DNA of 46,701 nucleotides from Halocafeteria seosinensis (taxonomy: Eukaryota), in the NCBI GenBank assembly GCA_001687465.1, contig LVLI01000670.1:1-46701 (forward strand). Direction: 5' to 3'. This document shows positions 44,810 through 46,701 of this stretch, piece by piece. The notes under the pieces were generated by a model. That model was given only the letters and a program-made list of their open reading frames with translations. It searched no databases and had not been told where the DNA came from. The position numbers were made by a program, and so were the translations under genes. Positions within the stretch are counted from its first letter, which is position 1; the number at the start of each line of letters is the position of its first letter.

Positions 44810-45049
44810 AGTAAATTGTATTGCTGCGAATCAGGGGGTCGTACCGCTGTTCCGCTGGTCGCAGAAAGAATACTACCAAGGGTTCCTTGCCAAGGAACCG
44901 GGAATGGTGACGATGGTCGTTACACCCCACAGCTAGAACAAGTTATCCCCGTCTACATTCGCAATAGACCAAATACCATTTCATATCTTCTTATTTTGTA
45001 CTCTCCAACTCTCAACTGAATGACCACATAAGATCTCTCTATGGCAGCG

Positions 45050-45560
45050 AGTCACCTGTACCTGACAATCCTTTGTGGTCGTCGGTGTGCCAATTGGACA
45101 TACGAAGTGCTCCGATTGCGATCTGGTGGAACGAACACACTACACTGTACTAGGGATCGCCGTCGCAGCGGACGTCTTGCTAGGAGATTCTGTGATCACT
45201 CCTGGTGCAACTCTGCTACTGACGGAAGCAGAGTACTGGGGGCCGAAGGTACAACTGTATCGGAAGTCAATGCTTGCGATGTGGGAGTTAAAGAGCTTAT
45301 CCTTGCGCTCACTTCAGCGATTTTTGTTCTGTCACTCTTGTAGAAGATGCAAGTGTTGGAACTGCGCTGCCAAGCTCCGTTTGTGTTCTGTCGCTCGTGT
45401 AGAAGTGGAGGCTACACTGCTGCTGCCGTAGCCGTGCAAATCGAAGATGTAGTGTGACAAGGACTTCCGCTACCAATTTGTTCTGAAATTCCGCTGTCGG
45501 TAGCGATTCCACGGACTCCAATGCCCTCCACTACTGCATAGATAGGGCTATAAACCTTGC
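45050..45560 (-). pseudogene. Possible highly decayed Ser/Thr-rich stalk relic
   Basis: Minus-strand fragments such as VITESPSKTSAATAIPST and SAVPTLASSTR are interrupted by stops. Support is compositional only. Confidence 0.25.
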
Positions 45561-46413
45561 GCACCTGCACAGTTCCAAGGGATGTTATTCTGGTGGGAAG
45601 ATGTTGATGCGTAGAGGCAGAATTGTATGGGACTCTTCACTATAAAGCAAAGCAAACGGCGTCCCGCTCCAAAATGCACGTTTCTGCTCCCCAACTATAT
45701 GACATAGAGAATATACAAGTACATTGGTCAACATGGTCTCTTGCTAGACTCAAACCAGACTTTCCATAGGAGAGGGTTAGTGCGTACACTGGACAGAAGC
45801 GGCAACTATACCGGGGAGATTCCTACTATGGTTCAGGAATGCAGGTGATTCATAATGAAAGATACGTCGATTTGGAATTCGCACTTTTCAGGATATATGA
45901 CATGACATGCATACGCTTGCAATGACATGTTTTGCTTCGTTGAAATAAACCATACAATACAGAGGCTTGGGTTGAACTGGTGGGACAAAACATGTGCCTG
46001 AGTCCGGCCCAATGTGCAACGCTCGGATGTCCGATCAGTCGCAAGCGACAATGAGTCTGACACTGATCTGATATAGGTTGGGTTAAGAGTAACTTACGAG
46101 TCGCTCGCGGCTCGAGGTGGGTACTGATCCTCCCGAAGATATCTAGTATACACTTCTACCTCGTGTTAGTTGTGTATTGAACTGTTTTCACCACGTGTGT
46201 TGTCTTGTTGTACGCCATAGCACAGCTGTAGCAGCTTGCTGTGGCAGGGAGTGCGTCGTGGAGGATTGCTTGGGCTGTAGATTATCGGGCACTCGTTGTC
46301 AGCAGACAACATCTGTCTCTATGGGCGGCATTGTTTCTACGGTTTTAACAGTCACCTTGTTGCCAAGTATAGCCAAGAATAAGCTCTTCAGCAGATGTCT
46401 CATTTTCAAATTC

Positions 46414-46701
46414 TCATCCGGCAGTGTGAGCTAATTGCACTCGCTCCGAAGCAGTTGTTCGTGCCTCATTCTTTTGACACAACCTCTTAATTCGGCTTAA
46501 GATCGGCCCTTCCCGCAGTGTGCCACAGAGACTTACGAATAGATTGTTCAGTATAGATCCGTCCACAATTGGATTTCGTGATAAATCTACCTCAGTCAAG
46601 CTCGTATTCACTTCTAATGCATCTGCCAAGTGCTGAGCGCCACGATCGTATATTCGATTTCCCTGGAAGGATATGAAGGTTAGGGTCGTATTCGCTCGCA
46701 A
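46414..46701 (-). CDS. C-terminal end of an RNI-like/NLRC3-type LRR protein (partial, runs off the window)
   Basis: NTTLTFISFQGNRIYDRGAQHLADALEVNTSLTEVDLSRNPI is a typical 28-residue RI-like LRR. Confidence 0.7.
   Translation of the reverse strand: MRANTTLTFISFQGNRIYDRGAQHLADALEVNTSLTEVDLSRNPIVDGSILNNLFVSLCGTLREGPILSRIKRLCQKNEARTTASERVQLAHTAG

Noticed and set aside
44881..44899. Perfect 9-bp inverted repeat GGTTCCTTG-C-CAAGGAACC near the 5' break of copy D
   Set aside because: No adjacent CTRR Helitron end, TSD or partner repeat; could be chance.
1..46701. Prokaryotic systems (CRISPR, operons, defence islands) or stop-codon reassignment
   Set aside because: The genes have spliceosomal introns, there is no repeat-spacer array, and TAA, TAG and TGA all terminate conserved proteins at expected positions.

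Overview
Gene-dense eukaryotic nuclear DNA with short GT-AG introns (mostly 60-90 nt) and the standard genetic code; a flagellated protist, possibly a stramenopile (inference only). Positions 1-33.7 kb hold ordinary genes: XRRA1-like LRR protein, queuine tRNA-ribosyltransferase, S-formylglutathione hydrolase, RPS28, a group II PLP decarboxylase, a giant EF-hand/LRR protein, a calcyphosin-like protein, an IQ-motif protein, a YbaB/EbfC protein, two tandem SLC35F6-like transporters, a GT10 glycosyltransferase and cathepsin Z. Positions 34-45.5 kb are a minus-strand tandem array of adhesin/receptor-like genes (PA14 domain, Thr/Ser/Pro stalk, TM helix, conserved unrecognised cytoplasmic tail) in intact, truncated, frameshifted and decayed states. 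One decayed copy is interrupted by a 309-bp MITE with 26-bp TIRs and a 6-bp TSD. Other notable signals are the Tyr-to-Phe aldehyde-synthase switch in the decarboxylase, a long structured first intron in RPS28, and an intron-containing YbaB/EbfC gene with a presequence-like N-terminus. All exon boundaries were read by eye.
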